Shown: positions 49,455 through 59,846 of the stretch, piece after piece
Position numbering within the stretch: the first letter of the stretch is position 1
Layout: each line of letters begins with the position of its first letter
Assembly (NCBI GenBank): GCA_965208365.1
Contig: OZ242330.1
Coordinates: 3,431,031 to 3,495,030, forward strand
DNA length: 64,000 bases
Source: Caldilineaceae bacterium
Lineage (GTDB): Bacteria > Chloroflexota > Anaerolineae > Caldilineales > Caldilineaceae
Reading direction: 5' to 3'
Translations under genes and position numbers: made by a program
The notes under the pieces: model-generated
What the model saw: only the letters and a program-made list of their open reading frames with translations
Databases searched by the model: none
What the model was told of the DNA's origin: nothing

Positions 49455-52400
49455 TCAGGGAAGGATGTTGGAGTCGCTCTCCAGGCCGGGCGGGGACGGT
49501 TCCATGGCCACCGGACGATTGCGGAAAATGTCCTGCGACATGAATTGCGCCGGGTTGCAGAACCCGCCCCAGCCATCGGGCCTGCGATACGGCAGAATCC
49601 GTATGCCAAAGTGCAGGTGGGGTCCCGTACTGGCACCCGTGTTGCCCGAAAGTCCCAGGGTGGCACCACGTCCGACGGTCTGCCCGACACTGACCGAGAA
49701 CTCGCTCATGTGCGCGTATACCGATTCCCCCCAGTCGTGTTCCATGAGCACGAACTTGCCGAAACCGCCCACACCGAAATCGGTTCGGGTGATCTTGCCG
49801 GCATCGGTCGCCAGCAACGGTGTGCCTACCGGCAAGGCGAAGTCAAGGCCGTTGTGGCCCCGCATGGGGACCCCGCCGTAGGTAAATCGACTGTAAAACT
49901 GCGGGTTGGTGCCCCAGCCCTGGGACATCGGGAAACGGCCCGGAAACGGAGTGGCGATGTCGATGTGGTCGGCCAGGAAGTCGTAGGCCAGCAGGCGCAG
50001 TCCGCTCTGCGAACCTTCGGTAACCCAGCCCGACGGCTGGTTCGAAGGTGGGATCACCATGTCCGTCCACCACCAGCGGAGATTGTCCCTGATCTCCGGC
50101 CCGCCATTGACGAGCAGGGTGCTGCGGGACGGTGCACGTCCGATGATGTCCGAATCCGGCTTGCCGACCTGGCCAGGAGTCCTGCGCATCCGCAGGACAT
50201 CCGATTGGATGTTCATGACGCGGTCACCGTTGGCAAAGGTCCGACGTTCCCGGGCGCTGGGTGCACGGCGCGGGACGGGAGGACTGACCTCGGGCAGCGG
50301 ATTGGTTCCCATCTGCGGTGTGCCGTCAGGTGCACTCTGGGCCACCCATCCCCACATCCGGTCCTGTTCATCCGTGGCCACTGCCAGCAGCCACCAAGCG
50401 ATTCCGCCCACGCCCTGTGGATGGCCCAGGACCGTACACAACGTGTTGCGGGACACTTCACCAAGTACATCGTAGCCCGCATCCCCGTCCAGCCCCGGGG
50501 TGCGTCGCATCGGGCTTGCGGCAATCACCCAGATGCTGTCGCCCGGTTGGAGCGCTTGCCTGTCCCGACCGGGTAGGTTCGGGGCAGAGTCCTGAAGGAG
50601 GTCGTAGCCGGTCGACGTCATGTCCGAGACCCATCCGCGCAGCACGGGCTCAACCGCCGGATGAGTGACTACCTGCCACCACACCAGTCTGTCTTCCATC
50701 CGCGGGCCGCCTTCCACGGTCAATGACATGCCGGGAGCCAGTTGCATGACGATGTCGTCGATTGCCTGGGTGGAGGTTCCAGGCAAACGGCGCAGGAGGG
50801 CATTGCGCCATACCCAAACTGTGTCGCCAACTGCAAACCTGGGTTCGGGGATGGCCGGGGTTCCGGGCACGGCGATGACCTGCAGGTTGCGCTTGTTGCG
50901 GTCGGTTTCCTCTCGAAGCCACCCTGTCGAGTCGCTGCCTTCCGGCCAGGCCGCGCGCACGCGCCACCAGATACTGTCCTCTACGTACAAGGGTCCTTCC
51001 TGTACGAGACCCGGAGTCCCTGTGGGGACGGTGCCCAACAGGTCGTCCGCCTCCTTGGCCCGGATGCCTGGCGTGCGCCGCAGTTCGGTGGGTCGCTGGA
51101 CAAGGAAGTAGGTACCCGGTGCCATGGCGTCCGTGTCCGGGATTGGCACCGGATCGAACGGGGCCGCCAAGTCCGGGGCGCCGGATACCCTGGCGATGAA
51201 CGGTTGCGCATCCACGCCGGCTTGCGCCAGCCAGCCGTCAACCTGGGTACGGTCGGACACCGTGACCGCGACGCGCCACCAAATCAGCCGGTCCACCTGT
51301 TCGGGTCCGTCGACAATCAGGCACTGCTGGCCCGACGGAAGCTTCGTCACGATGGCGTCCGGGGGCGAACCCACGAATCCGGGAACGGCTCGCAGATTGA
51401 TGTCGCCGATGGTCCTAATTACGTTGCCGGGGGACAGGCTGGCGGAGGCATCGGGCTGTTCGGGGTTGAGCAGGGGAGCCTTTTGCGGATCCCATGCATA
51501 GTGTTGGTTGAGGGCCGCGGCGGTGTCCGCCAAGACAGCCGCGGATGCGGAGAGTTGCCAGCGGCCGCCGGGACTGGTTGCCCACCGGAACAGGGCGGCA
51601 CAACGGATTTGCTGGTGCCCCGGACCTTCGTTCCAACCGTTGATTTCGCGGTAGACCGCCTGCACCCATCCGTTTTGCCGTGGGCTCCAGGACTGGAATT
51701 GGTCCGCCTCCACGATGTATACGGGCAGTTGGCGCATGTGGTACGGAATTCCGCGCATAAAGTCGCGGTAGGCCCTGAAGCCGCTGCGGCGGCGTGGCGA
51801 GCGTTCGGGAATCCAGGCATCGGCGGTAACGTCGGCGGGATCGTCCGTGACCGTGAAGGCATGCAGCGCAATGCCATCGCAACCCTGGGGCCCAAGACGG
51901 TTCAGGATGTCGCTGAAATAGGTGATCCAGTCACCGCTCTCGTTGCCCGCATAGCGGGTGTGGGTGTTCCATGGAGTAACGGCCCCCGTAATGACGAGTG
52001 CATCCGGGTCGGCTTGGTGGATGGCCTCCCTGCACTGCCTGAAACAGGCGACATAGCGATCCGGGTGCATGGCTTCACCGACGGTGGCCAGGTTGGTCGC
52101 GGTCCCATCGGGATGGAGCGCGTCAAAGCGCTCGGGCAGGGCCCGCAGCACGGCCTGTACCTGTGCCGGGTCCTTCACGTCCTTGAGCAGGGATATCCGG
52201 GCGCGTGCGTCGGCGCCAGGGCGCGCGACCCAATTGTTGAACTCGTTCCCAATCACCCAGTGACTACAGCCACGGGAGACCTTGACGAACCGGCCGCATC
52301 GCCGGGCGAATTTCAGGTGGTTGTCGACCGCCGGAAGCGTGCCGTCCGGATTGAAACCCAATTGCAGTTTGACAATGACGCCATAGCCGCGTTCCGACCA

Positions 52401-52574
52401 GGCACTGTAGTCCACGCCGGAACGGTCGGCGTCGTCCATACCGATGAATTCGTTGAACACCACCCAGCCGTGTACGTCGGCCTCTTCGAAGAGATGCTCG
52501 CCGCCCGCGTCGTGCAGACCGTAGATGTTCAGCGGTTCGTTGGGTACGGGAGGCATGGCGATGGAGTGCGGCAC
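49455..52574 (-). CDS. Multidomain cell-wall hydrolase candidate: N-terminal clan GH-A-like TIM domain + five SH3b-like repeats + C-terminal M23 metallopeptidase
   Basis: M23 domain: HNGLDFALPVGTPL...GNTGASTGPHLHFGI (about 49575-49952). Five repeats each carry [LI]xWWxV...GW[LV] (about 50016-51428). The N-domain has IGNEFN and YIVEAD, which resemble the acid/base and nucleophile strands (about 51570-52574). The start is GTG at 52574 or ATG at 52556. Confidence 0.75.
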   Translation of the reverse strand: MPHSIAMPPVPNEPLNIYGLHDAGGEHLFEEADVHGWVVFNEFIGMDDADRSGVDYSAWSERGYGVIVKLQLGFNPDGTLPAVDNHLKFARRCGRFVKVSRGCSHWVIGNEFNNWVARPGADARARISLLKDVKDPAQVQAVLRALPERFDALHPDGTATNLATVGEAMHPDRYVACFRQCREAIHQADPDALVITGAVTPWNTHTRYAGNESGDWITYFSDILNRLGPQGCDGIALHAFTVTDDPADVTADAWIPERSPRRRSGFRAYRDFMRGIPYHMRQLPVYIVEADQFQSWSPRQNGWVQAVYREINGWNEGPGHQQIRCAALFRWATSPGGRWQLSASAAVLADTAAALNQHYAWDPQKAPLLNPEQPDASASLSPGNVIRTIGDINLRAVPGFVGSPPDAIVTKLPSGQQCLIVDGPEQVDRLIWWRVAVTVSDRTQVDGWLAQAGVDAQPFIARVSGAPDLAAPFDPVPIPDTDAMAPGTYFLVQRPTELRRTPGIRAKEADDLLGTVPTGTPGLVQEGPLYVEDSIWWRVRAAWPEGSDSTGWLREETDRNKRNLQVIAVPGTPAIPEPRFAVGDTVWVWRNALLRRLPGTSTQAIDDIVMQLAPGMSLTVEGGPRMEDRLVWWQVVTHPAVEPVLRGWVSDMTSTGYDLLQDSAPNLPGRDRQALQPGDSIWVIAASPMRRTPGLDGDAGYDVLGEVSRNTLCTVLGHPQGVGGIAWWLLAVATDEQDRMWGWVAQSAPDGTPQMGTNPLPEVSPPVPRRAPSARERRTFANGDRVMNIQSDVLRMRRTPGQVGKPDSDIIGRAPSRSTLLVNGGPEIRDNLRWWWTDMVIPPSNQPSGWVTEGSQSGLRLLAYDFLADHIDIATPFPGRFPMSQGWGTNPQFYSRFTYGGVPMRGHNGLDFALPVGTPLLATDAGKITRTDFGVGGFGKFVLMEHDWGESVYAHMSEFSVSVGQTVGRGATLGLSGNTGASTGPHLHFGIRILPYRRPDGWGGFCNPAQFMSQDIFRNRPVAMEPSPPGLESDSNILP

Positions 52575-52625
52575 GAGTGATCCGGTCGGACAAAGGCGGG
52601 GACCGATGTTGGAGAATGCGTGGCG

Positions 52626-54023
52626 TCAGTTGGTGGCAACGGGATCGTTCCTGCGGCGCTCCGCGAGTTCCGCCAGGAGTTCCTGATGGCGATCGCGCGT
52701 GATCGGGTATTTGCGAATGACGAAGATGCCCACTGCCACCAACAATGTCGGCAGCACGCCAGACAGGAGCCGCAGGGCTGTCACCACCGATTGGGGCTGC
52801 TCGATGCCGGTGCCGTAGGTGGCCTCAATGAAGCCGGCTTGGGCCAGGATAAGATTGGCGACGAATACCGCCACGGCACCGCCCAACTTGCGGAAAAAGA
52901 CCATGTACGCCGTGAACAGTCCTTCGCTGCGGTTACCGGTTTGCAGTTCGTCGTACTCGAGAACGTCGGGCAGCATGGCCCACGGAATGGTGATGCCCGC
53001 TGCGTATGTGAAACCCAGCCAGACACAAAAATAGAGAAATGTGTCGGCGGCTCCCTGCGGATACAGGGCGTATGCCGGCAGCGTTGCAATCCAAAGGAAG
53101 CCGCAGAATATGTATGCCTTGAGCTTGCCCAGTTTCCTGACCAGCAGGTTGACCAGGGGCAGGGCCAGCAGGGACGAACCTAGCAGCACCGCCGGCAACA
53201 GTGACTCTAGGAGCGGTGTCGCCCTCAAGACGATCTGCAAGTACCAGACAAACGTGGCGATGACAACTTCAAGTCCCGTCAATGCGAGGAAATAGGCGGT
53301 CGACAGCAGGACGAAGGGACGATTGCGGTAGGCGGTTCTGAGCCCCCCCATCACGCTGATGGGGACCTCGGATACTACATTGGCTGGCTCCTTTACCGTG
53401 ATGAAGTTGAGGACCGGTGCCACCAGCAGTGAAGCGCCGAACAGCCACCCGGCCAGCATGTAGCCGCGGAAAACGTTGGACTCCCCGCCCAGCATGCCCA
53501 GCCAGTCTTCCGCCAACATTTTGAACAGGGCCGCGATGACGAGGGCGCCCAGGATAAAGAAAGCGTTGCGCCAAACGCTTAGGTCAATCCGCTCTTCGTA
53601 GTCGCTGGACAATTCCGCCACCAAGGCCGTGTGGGGTACCGAGAACACGGTGATGGCTGTATCGAGCACCACGGAAATCACGACAAACCAAGCAAACAGG
53701 CTCCATTGATTGTCGAAGGGTTTTGTCCACAACAGGGCGAACAGCACCATCATGGGCACGGCGGCCGCCAGCATCAGGGGACGCCGCCGGCCCCACCGGG
53801 TCTGCAGCCGATCGCTGATGAGACCCACCAGCGGATCGTTGACCGCGTCCCAGATGCGGCCAATCATCAGGATTACGCCCACAATACCCGGCCTGAGGCC
53901 AACCACGGTCACCAGAAAGTAGTTCAGGATCAGGGAGCGGCTGGTTGAGGTGATGGCCGGAATCCACTCTCCTGACCCGTAGATCAGTTTGAAGAGCGTC
54001 GACATGCGGCGGTTTGGGGCCAT
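52626..54023 (-). CDS. GPH-family (glycoside-pentoside-hexuronide:cation symporter) MFS transporter
   Basis: GRIWDAVNDPLVGLISDR is the GPH signature, with about 12 hydrophobic segments. The start is ATG at 54023 or 54005; the track's first codon at 54038 is GTG. Confidence 0.8.
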   Translation of the reverse strand: MAPNRRMSTLFKLIYGSGEWIPAITSTSRSLILNYFLVTVVGLRPGIVGVILMIGRIWDAVNDPLVGLISDRLQTRWGRRRPLMLAAAVPMMVLFALLWTKPFDNQWSLFAWFVVISVVLDTAITVFSVPHTALVAELSSDYEERIDLSVWRNAFFILGALVIAALFKMLAEDWLGMLGGESNVFRGYMLAGWLFGASLLVAPVLNFITVKEPANVVSEVPISVMGGLRTAYRNRPFVLLSTAYFLALTGLEVVIATFVWYLQIVLRATPLLESLLPAVLLGSSLLALPLVNLLVRKLGKLKAYIFCGFLWIATLPAYALYPQGAADTFLYFCVWLGFTYAAGITIPWAMLPDVLEYDELQTGNRSEGLFTAYMVFFRKLGGAVAVFVANLILAQAGFIEATYGTGIEQPQSVVTALRLLSGVLPTLLVAVGIFVIRKYPITRDRHQELLAELAERRRNDPVATN

Positions 54024-54105
54024 GTGGGGATCCTGCACGGATGTGGAAGGTGTAGGCGGAGCACAGGTTTCCCTGTGCTCCGCCTACTCGGGTTCTCGTC
54101 GGCCG

Positions 54106-55473
54106 TCAGTTGCCCGAAGTCTTGGATGGTGACAGCTTCAGCAAGGCCAACAATTCCGGCGGTTCGCCCTCCACACGTACGAAGACCTTCCCCAGGCGGG
54201 TTTCGTCTCCCCTCGCCGGAACCCTGTCGATCGCGTTCATGATCATCCCGCTTATGGTTTCCGCCTCGCCTTTGGTCTCTCCCAGTGCTTCCGCGAAATC
54301 CTCGGGGAGTTCGTTCACTGGAACGTCGAGCCGGGCCACCACGGTGGTCCGGGACCGGACCTCGAGCCGGGGTGCCTCCCGAACGCGGCTTGCCTCGAGG
54401 TCTGATTCGTCTTCGATTTCGCCGAAGATTTCCTCCATCAGGTCTTCCAGGGTCACCAATCCCGCCGTTCCTTGGAATTCGTCCTGCACCACCGCCATGT
54501 AGGCTCCCCGCGACTGGAACAGCTTCAGCATTTGGGGCAGCGGTGTGGAGCCTGGGACCACCAAGGCGCCTGTCCCCTGGTCCTGATCCCCGTCCGGCAC
54601 CCTGGTGATGATATCGACGAGACGAAACTCGGCGCTGCGGTCCAGCCGCGCCAGCTGCTTGAAGTGGAGTATCCCCTTGATGTCGTCCAGGTTGCTTCCG
54701 TAGATGGGATAGCGGGACTGGCCGGCTTCCCGCATCACCGCGATCACATCCGCGTAGGTTGCATCCTCCTGGATGCCCACAACCCGCGTTCGGGGAGTCA
54801 TCACTTCGTTGACGGTGCGATCGTCGAAGTTCCCAATCCGTTCCAGGTAGCCGAACTCGTCCTCCTCGATGTGATCGGCGTGGTAGCTCTCCTCGATCAG
54901 GATCTGGATTTCCTCCTTCGAATAGGCCAGTCCGTCATCCTGGTCCACGGGGATTGGAGACCTGACGATGAGAAATTCGGCCGCGCGGTTCAACTGGTGT
55001 GCCAAGGGTCCCAATATCATTTCGCAGAGCCGCATGGTGCCGGCCACTGCCAGCACCACCGTTTCCGGCATCTGGACGGCAATGGTCTGGGGAACCATCT
55101 CGCCTACGACGACATGCAGGAACGACAGACCGCAAACCGCGATGAGCAGCGCGGCCGTGGATACGGCTTGCTCCGACAACCATGGCAGGTGAAGTACCTC
55201 GTGCAGCCAATGTGCCACGCGCTCCTCGGCATACATGCCAAGAGCCAGGCTAGCCAGCGTGATGCCAATCTGGGAGGTGGCGATGAAGTCGTTGCGGCGC
55301 TCCTTGTCCCGGAGAATGGTCAGGACATAGGGTGCCTGACGGTGCCCGGCCTCCTCCCTACTTTCGATTCGGGGATAGGGCGCCAGCATCACGGAGAATT
55401 CCGCCGCGACGAAGAAGCCGTTGGCGGCCACAAACAAGGCGATCAGCGCAATAGGAACCAAGGCTTCCATCAT
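54106..55473 (-). CDS. CNNM/hemolysin-family protein (DUF21 TM domain + CBS pair + CorC_HlyC)
   Basis: N-terminal DUF21-like helices (FFVAAEFSV), a CBS region (VNEVMTPRTRVVGI...) and a C-terminal transporter-associated domain. Confidence 0.85.
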   Translation of the reverse strand: MMEALVPIALIALFVAANGFFVAAEFSVMLAPYPRIESREEAGHRQAPYVLTILRDKERRNDFIATSQIGITLASLALGMYAEERVAHWLHEVLHLPWLSEQAVSTAALLIAVCGLSFLHVVVGEMVPQTIAVQMPETVVLAVAGTMRLCEMILGPLAHQLNRAAEFLIVRSPIPVDQDDGLAYSKEEIQILIEESYHADHIEEDEFGYLERIGNFDDRTVNEVMTPRTRVVGIQEDATYADVIAVMREAGQSRYPIYGSNLDDIKGILHFKQLARLDRSAEFRLVDIITRVPDGDQDQGTGALVVPGSTPLPQMLKLFQSRGAYMAVVQDEFQGTAGLVTLEDLMEEIFGEIEDESDLEASRVREAPRLEVRSRTTVVARLDVPVNELPEDFAEALGETKGEAETISGMIMNAIDRVPARGDETRLGKVFVRVEGEPPELLALLKLSPSKTSGN

Positions 55474-56810
55474 GGGTCGCCGTGTCCGGACGGATCCTGG
55501 CTGGCGGAGACCGTCCGCAGTTGCAGTGCCAGCCTGACTGTCTTCTCGGTGGCGTTCACAAAAAAGCCGTCCGCCACATTGGGTCCGGCACGGCGGAGGC
55601 CCTCGTGCGGGATGCCCGTCATGTGGGCCGGGGCTTGCGGGGACGGTTCAAGTGGGAGTGCGTTGGGATCCAGGGCTTGATGTTCGGGATCGAAGACGGC
55701 CGAGAGTGCTTTCGGAGCCACCGATCCTTCAATGAACAGAACGTCGTTGTTGACGAATCGAAAGGGTGGCGGTGCTTCTTGATCGAACTCGTCCCGTATG
55801 TCCCCTACGACGGCTTCCACCAACTGTTCCAGAGTGATGATTCCGGAGGTTGCTCCCGCATCGTCCCGCACCATCGCCAAGTGCACCTTATTGTGCAGCA
55901 TGTCCGCCAGCGCGTCGTCCACGTTGATGTCTTCTGCAAACGCCGGGAAAGGGTCCGCATCAGCGCCGGACCGCGGTGCTGCTTCGCAGATTAGATCCCG
56001 CAGATGAACGGTGCGGGTCAGATTGTCCAAGGAGCCGTCGAAGACGGGCATGCGGGAGTAGGGGGAGTTGGCCAGAAGGTCTCGCTGTAGGTCCTGGGTC
56101 GTCCATTCGGGGGCCGCGAAAATGTGTTCCCGAGCCACCATCTTCGCCGAAACCGGTTCCTTGTCGATGTTGAGGGTGCGGTCGATGGCACCTCCTTCGT
56201 CCCAGTCGAACTGGCCCTGCTCCTGACTCTCCCTGGAAATCCGCCGGATCTCCTGGTCGGTCAGTACTAGGCCGTGCTGGTGTGTGACTTCGACCCGGGC
56301 AAGGAACAGGATTGCCCGGTTGAACAGATTGAAGACCCACAGGAAAGGTTGGAACAGGAAGTGGTAGGCCCGCAGGTAGGTTACGGTGGACATGGCCAAC
56401 CGCTCTGGAATGCGGATGCCCAGGTTCTTGGGCACCAGTTCGCCGATGAACACCTGGCCCGTGGACAAGACCAAGAGCGTGGAACCCACCGCCAGCGAGG
56501 TGGCAGTGGTCGGGTTCAGGCCCAGTTGCAGGAGCAGTGGCTCAATGCGGGGCGCCACCCCGGCTTGGCCCACGAAGCCAAGGACGATGCTGCAAATCGT
56601 GATGCTGATTTGGCAGCTTGAAATGTAGGCACTGAGTTGGCTGGGGTCGTGAATGATGCCGCCCACCTTGTCGGCGAGGGAGTTGCCATCATCCTGCAGC
56701 TGTTGGATCCGGGAACGCCGCGAACCTGCAAGAGAGATTTCGGCAGCGACGTAAAAGGCAGTCAACAGGATAATCGCGACAACCGAACCCAGGATCGCGA
56801 TTAGTCCCAT
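55470..56810 (-). CDS. CNNM/hemolysin-family paralogue (DUF21 + CBS pair)
   Basis: FYVAAEISLAGSRRSRIQQL and GELVPKNLGIR, followed by a CBS-like region. ATGA overlap with the downstream paralogue. Confidence 0.8.
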   Translation of the reverse strand: MGLIAILGSVVAIILLTAFYVAAEISLAGSRRSRIQQLQDDGNSLADKVGGIIHDPSQLSAYISSCQISITICSIVLGFVGQAGVAPRIEPLLLQLGLNPTTATSLAVGSTLLVLSTGQVFIGELVPKNLGIRIPERLAMSTVTYLRAYHFLFQPFLWVFNLFNRAILFLARVEVTHQHGLVLTDQEIRRISRESQEQGQFDWDEGGAIDRTLNIDKEPVSAKMVAREHIFAAPEWTTQDLQRDLLANSPYSRMPVFDGSLDNLTRTVHLRDLICEAAPRSGADADPFPAFAEDINVDDALADMLHNKVHLAMVRDDAGATSGIITLEQLVEAVVGDIRDEFDQEAPPPFRFVNNDVLFIEGSVAPKALSAVFDPEHQALDPNALPLEPSPQAPAHMTGIPHEGLRRAGPNVADGFFVNATEKTVRLALQLRTVSASQDPSGHGDP

Positions 56811-56885
56811 GAACTAGCTAGTGCCATTGCAGGTCCGACGTTGTGGCCGGGAAGTGTCGGGTCCTTGAAAAGGATCGGTTGCACT

Positions 56886-58352
56886 TCAATGGTACAGCAA
56901 ACCATCAAGAAACTCCCGCGCTTCAGCGGGCGAGGTGACGCGGCCCATCACCTGAGCCTCAACGAGGAGGGTCAGCAATCGTCCGACTTTCGGGCCCGGC
57001 GCCAGGGCATACCGGGTCAGGAGATCCCGCCCCGTTGCCAGCGGCCGCACTGGTCCACCTTGACCAAGTCTCCACAGATGATTGACGGCATGCTGGATTG
57101 CCGTCAGGCGGGAGTGCGCCCCGGCTTCGGTTGCCCTGGCCAACGGCGCTGTGATTGCGCATGCATCCTGCAACGCAGGCAGGCCAATGTGCCAGCCGGT
57201 CTTCTCCATCAAACGGTGGCACTCAATCACCGTCGGCTCTCGGGCATGGCAACGATTGGGCGGATGTACCCACCGTCTCCACACATGGTCGAGGGCCGCG
57301 CCGACAGAACCCAGCCACCGCTGCTCCGTAGTGGCAAAGGCGCATCGTCTACCCCAGCGCTTCATGCCGACACCTGGACTAGCCGTAGTCGTGTCCGGGA
57401 GGATCAGCCAAAGGAGGGCGGCCAAGACCCACCAGTCACCGCGCAGGCGCCCCGGACCCAGATACCCGCGAGCCATCTGCTGAAGGTCGATCACCGCATC
57501 GATGTCCGGTTCCATAGGATTCGGGTTCCGTTCGCCCTGGCTCCGGTCCGATTTCGTTGACCTTGTCCACGCCTGCAAACGAGAAAGCCAGCGCACATCG
57601 TTCTCGGACAGGATGAACGTTCCGCCTTCCCTGTCGGCAACCAGCGGCCAGAGGTTCAGCTCGTTCAGGTCGTGTGCGACATCACGAATGGACGAGGCGG
57701 AACTGGTTACCAGCTTCCACACTTCCGGCCCTATCCGTTCTCGCGCAGCCTGTCCAGCGAGGTGGCCATGTTGCCCTATGAACAACCGCAATTCCGCCGA
57801 CAGCTTCAGCCCGAGGCCGTGGGATAGCCGGACGCCTCTGAGCATGCGCAAGGGATCGGACAACAGGTTGTGTTCGGAGACGGGGACTACTGTGCGTTGG
57901 GCAAGGTCAATCCGCCCCCCGAAGGGATCGACCAGCGTGCCAGTCACGTGCGTGCCGTCGACCGACTTGACCTGGACCGCCATGGCATTCACGCGAAAGT
58001 CGCGTTGTCCAAGATCGGTTTCAATGCCACTGCCTCCCAAGACGACCAAATCGATTGTTCCAACCGGCTCCCGCTCGGACGGCGGGTGCGATGCCAATCG
58101 CCAGATTTGCCTGCGGGGGTCCAGGCAAAAGGCGTGCCAGTCGCCGGGGACCCAGCGTTGGTCCTCCAATGGGTTCGAGCGCGGTACCGCCAAGTCAAGG
58201 TCGTGTCCGGGTGCAATTCCCAGGAGGTGGTCGCGAACCATGCCACCCACAATCCAAACCGGAGGCCCCCATGTCTCCAGGAACTGGTCCAGAACCCGGG
58301 ACTGCTCGGGGCGGAGCGTCAGATGGATTTCACAGGAATTGAGAGTTGTCAT
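56886..58352 (-). CDS. tRNA nucleotidyltransferase/poly(A) polymerase-family protein (CCA-adding enzyme-like)
   Basis: WIVGGMVRDHLLGIAPGHDLDLAV and RDFRVNAMAV are the PolyA_pol head-domain motifs. I chose ATG at 58352 with GGAG 6 nt upstream; the track's first codon at 58388 is GTG. Confidence 0.75.
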   Translation of the reverse strand: MTTLNSCEIHLTLRPEQSRVLDQFLETWGPPVWIVGGMVRDHLLGIAPGHDLDLAVPRSNPLEDQRWVPGDWHAFCLDPRRQIWRLASHPPSEREPVGTIDLVVLGGSGIETDLGQRDFRVNAMAVQVKSVDGTHVTGTLVDPFGGRIDLAQRTVVPVSEHNLLSDPLRMLRGVRLSHGLGLKLSAELRLFIGQHGHLAGQAARERIGPEVWKLVTSSASSIRDVAHDLNELNLWPLVADREGGTFILSENDVRWLSRLQAWTRSTKSDRSQGERNPNPMEPDIDAVIDLQQMARGYLGPGRLRGDWWVLAALLWLILPDTTTASPGVGMKRWGRRCAFATTEQRWLGSVGAALDHVWRRWVHPPNRCHAREPTVIECHRLMEKTGWHIGLPALQDACAITAPLARATEAGAHSRLTAIQHAVNHLWRLGQGGPVRPLATGRDLLTRYALAPGPKVGRLLTLLVEAQVMGRVTSPAEAREFLDGLLYH

Positions 58353-58517
58353 GGCAGGCTCCGCCCGGACATCAATTGCATTTGCCACACCCGGTCATGA
58401 TCTCCGGAAACGGCCCATTGAGGCGGAAGTGGGGCAGGATGGCTTCCGGTTTGCAATCGAAACTGGCAAACTGCACCGGCCGGTGCAGTCCCGCGATTCC
58501 CGGCGGTCCGAGCCATT

Positions 58518-58931
58518 ATGCAGGCAAGTGCGAGTACATTCATCCAAGCCAGCCGCAATCGGGCATGGTCGGTTTTCGCGGATACGTCTGCCTGGCCGGC
58601 GTGGTACGACGGCATCCGGGACGCGGCGTGGGTTGAAGGGAAGCCGTGGACGGATGGCTCCATGCTTCGGCTTGACAGCCGATGGGGAGTGCTTGGGGCA
58701 TGCGTGCGGCTGGCGGCAGAGCCGAGCATGGCGATCATCGAGGTGCAGATTTGGTCTTCGACTGCCGTGCTTGTTTTTGAAGTCGAGGATTCTGTTGGGG
58801 GCTGCCAGGTGAAGGTGAGGGAAACCTGGCATGGCCCTGCAGCTTGGCTAGGACCGCTCACCCGTCCGGCCAGAACGCAAAAACTGACACGGGCCATGGT
58901 TGCCTTTCGACACTGTGCAGAGGCCCTGTGA
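58518..58931 (+). CDS. SRPBCC-superfamily (polyketide cyclase/START-like) small protein
   Basis: 137 aa. The N-terminal I.AS...AWSVFAD.S.WP.W pattern is typical of SRPBCC proteins. This is a weak, pattern-level call. Confidence 0.45.
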   Translation: MQASASTFIQASRNRAWSVFADTSAWPAWYDGIRDAAWVEGKPWTDGSMLRLDSRWGVLGACVRLAAEPSMAIIEVQIWSSTAVLVFEVEDSVGGCQVKVRETWHGPAAWLGPLTRPARTQKLTRAMVAFRHCAEAL

Positions 58932-59737
58932 GCACTGCTGCCAATTCGATCCGCGATGGCCAGTGGCCGGAGTACAACCGGGATGCCTTGGCCGTTTGGG
59001 AACGGATCGCCGACTGTTGGGATGCCTACATGGGCGACCACGGCAATGAGTTTCACAACGTTCTGGTTCGACCCGTTGCCATGCAACTGCTGGAGCCGGT
59101 GCGCGGCCGCAAGATCCTGGAGTTGGGATGCGGCGCGGGTCTGTACACCCGTGACCTGCTGCGGGCGGGAGCGGACGTTGTGGCCACGGATGGGGCGGAA
59201 TCGTTTGTGAACATTGCCTCCCGACGTAATCCTGGTTGCGAGATTCTGCGCCTGGACGTCACCAGCGAAGAGGATTGGGCGGAACTGCATCGGCGCCACA
59301 CATGGTTCGACGCAGTGGTCTGCAACATGTTGTTCATGGATGTGGCCGTCGTGGACCTGATGTGCCGGCAAGTGGCCTCATTGTTGCGCTCTGGAGGAGT
59401 CTGGGTGATTTCCCAACAGCATCCCTGTTTTGTCACTCCCGACTCGGAACTCGTGGCTGCGCAGGGCATCACCGGACAACGGAACAGTGTCATGGTGCAC
59501 CGCTACCTGAATGTGGAACCATACAAGGCCACCGGAATCCGTACGCAACCGGAAACCCACTACTACTTCCATCGGTCCCTACAGGCCATCGTGAGCCACC
59601 TCACGGCTGTGGGCTTGGTTGTCAACGGTTTGGTGGAGCCGTCCTTTCCGCCGACCGAAGAACCGTTCCAACCCCTGTCGTACGGTTCGATGCCGGATAT
59701 CCCCCCGGTTCTGTTCGTGCGCGCTCTGAAACTGTAG
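58928..59737 (+). CDS. Class I SAM-dependent methyltransferase
   Basis: Motif I ILELGCGAGLYTRDLL..GADVVATD. GTG at 58928 overlaps the upstream stop (GTGA). Confidence 0.8.
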   Translation: MSTAANSIRDGQWPEYNRDALAVWERIADCWDAYMGDHGNEFHNVLVRPVAMQLLEPVRGRKILELGCGAGLYTRDLLRAGADVVATDGAESFVNIASRRNPGCEILRLDVTSEEDWAELHRRHTWFDAVVCNMLFMDVAVVDLMCRQVASLLRSGGVWVISQQHPCFVTPDSELVAAQGITGQRNSVMVHRYLNVEPYKATGIRTQPETHYYFHRSLQAIVSHLTAVGLVVNGLVEPSFPPTEEPFQPLSYGSMPDIPPVLFVRALKL

Positions 59738-59846
59738 GCCGGCCCGGCCCGGCCCGACCGTGCTATTCTGGCCGCAGGCCGAACCGGCAGGTTATGCCGA
59801 TTTCGGTTGCCCAGAACTCATCGCCAGTGCACATCGAGGAGCAACC

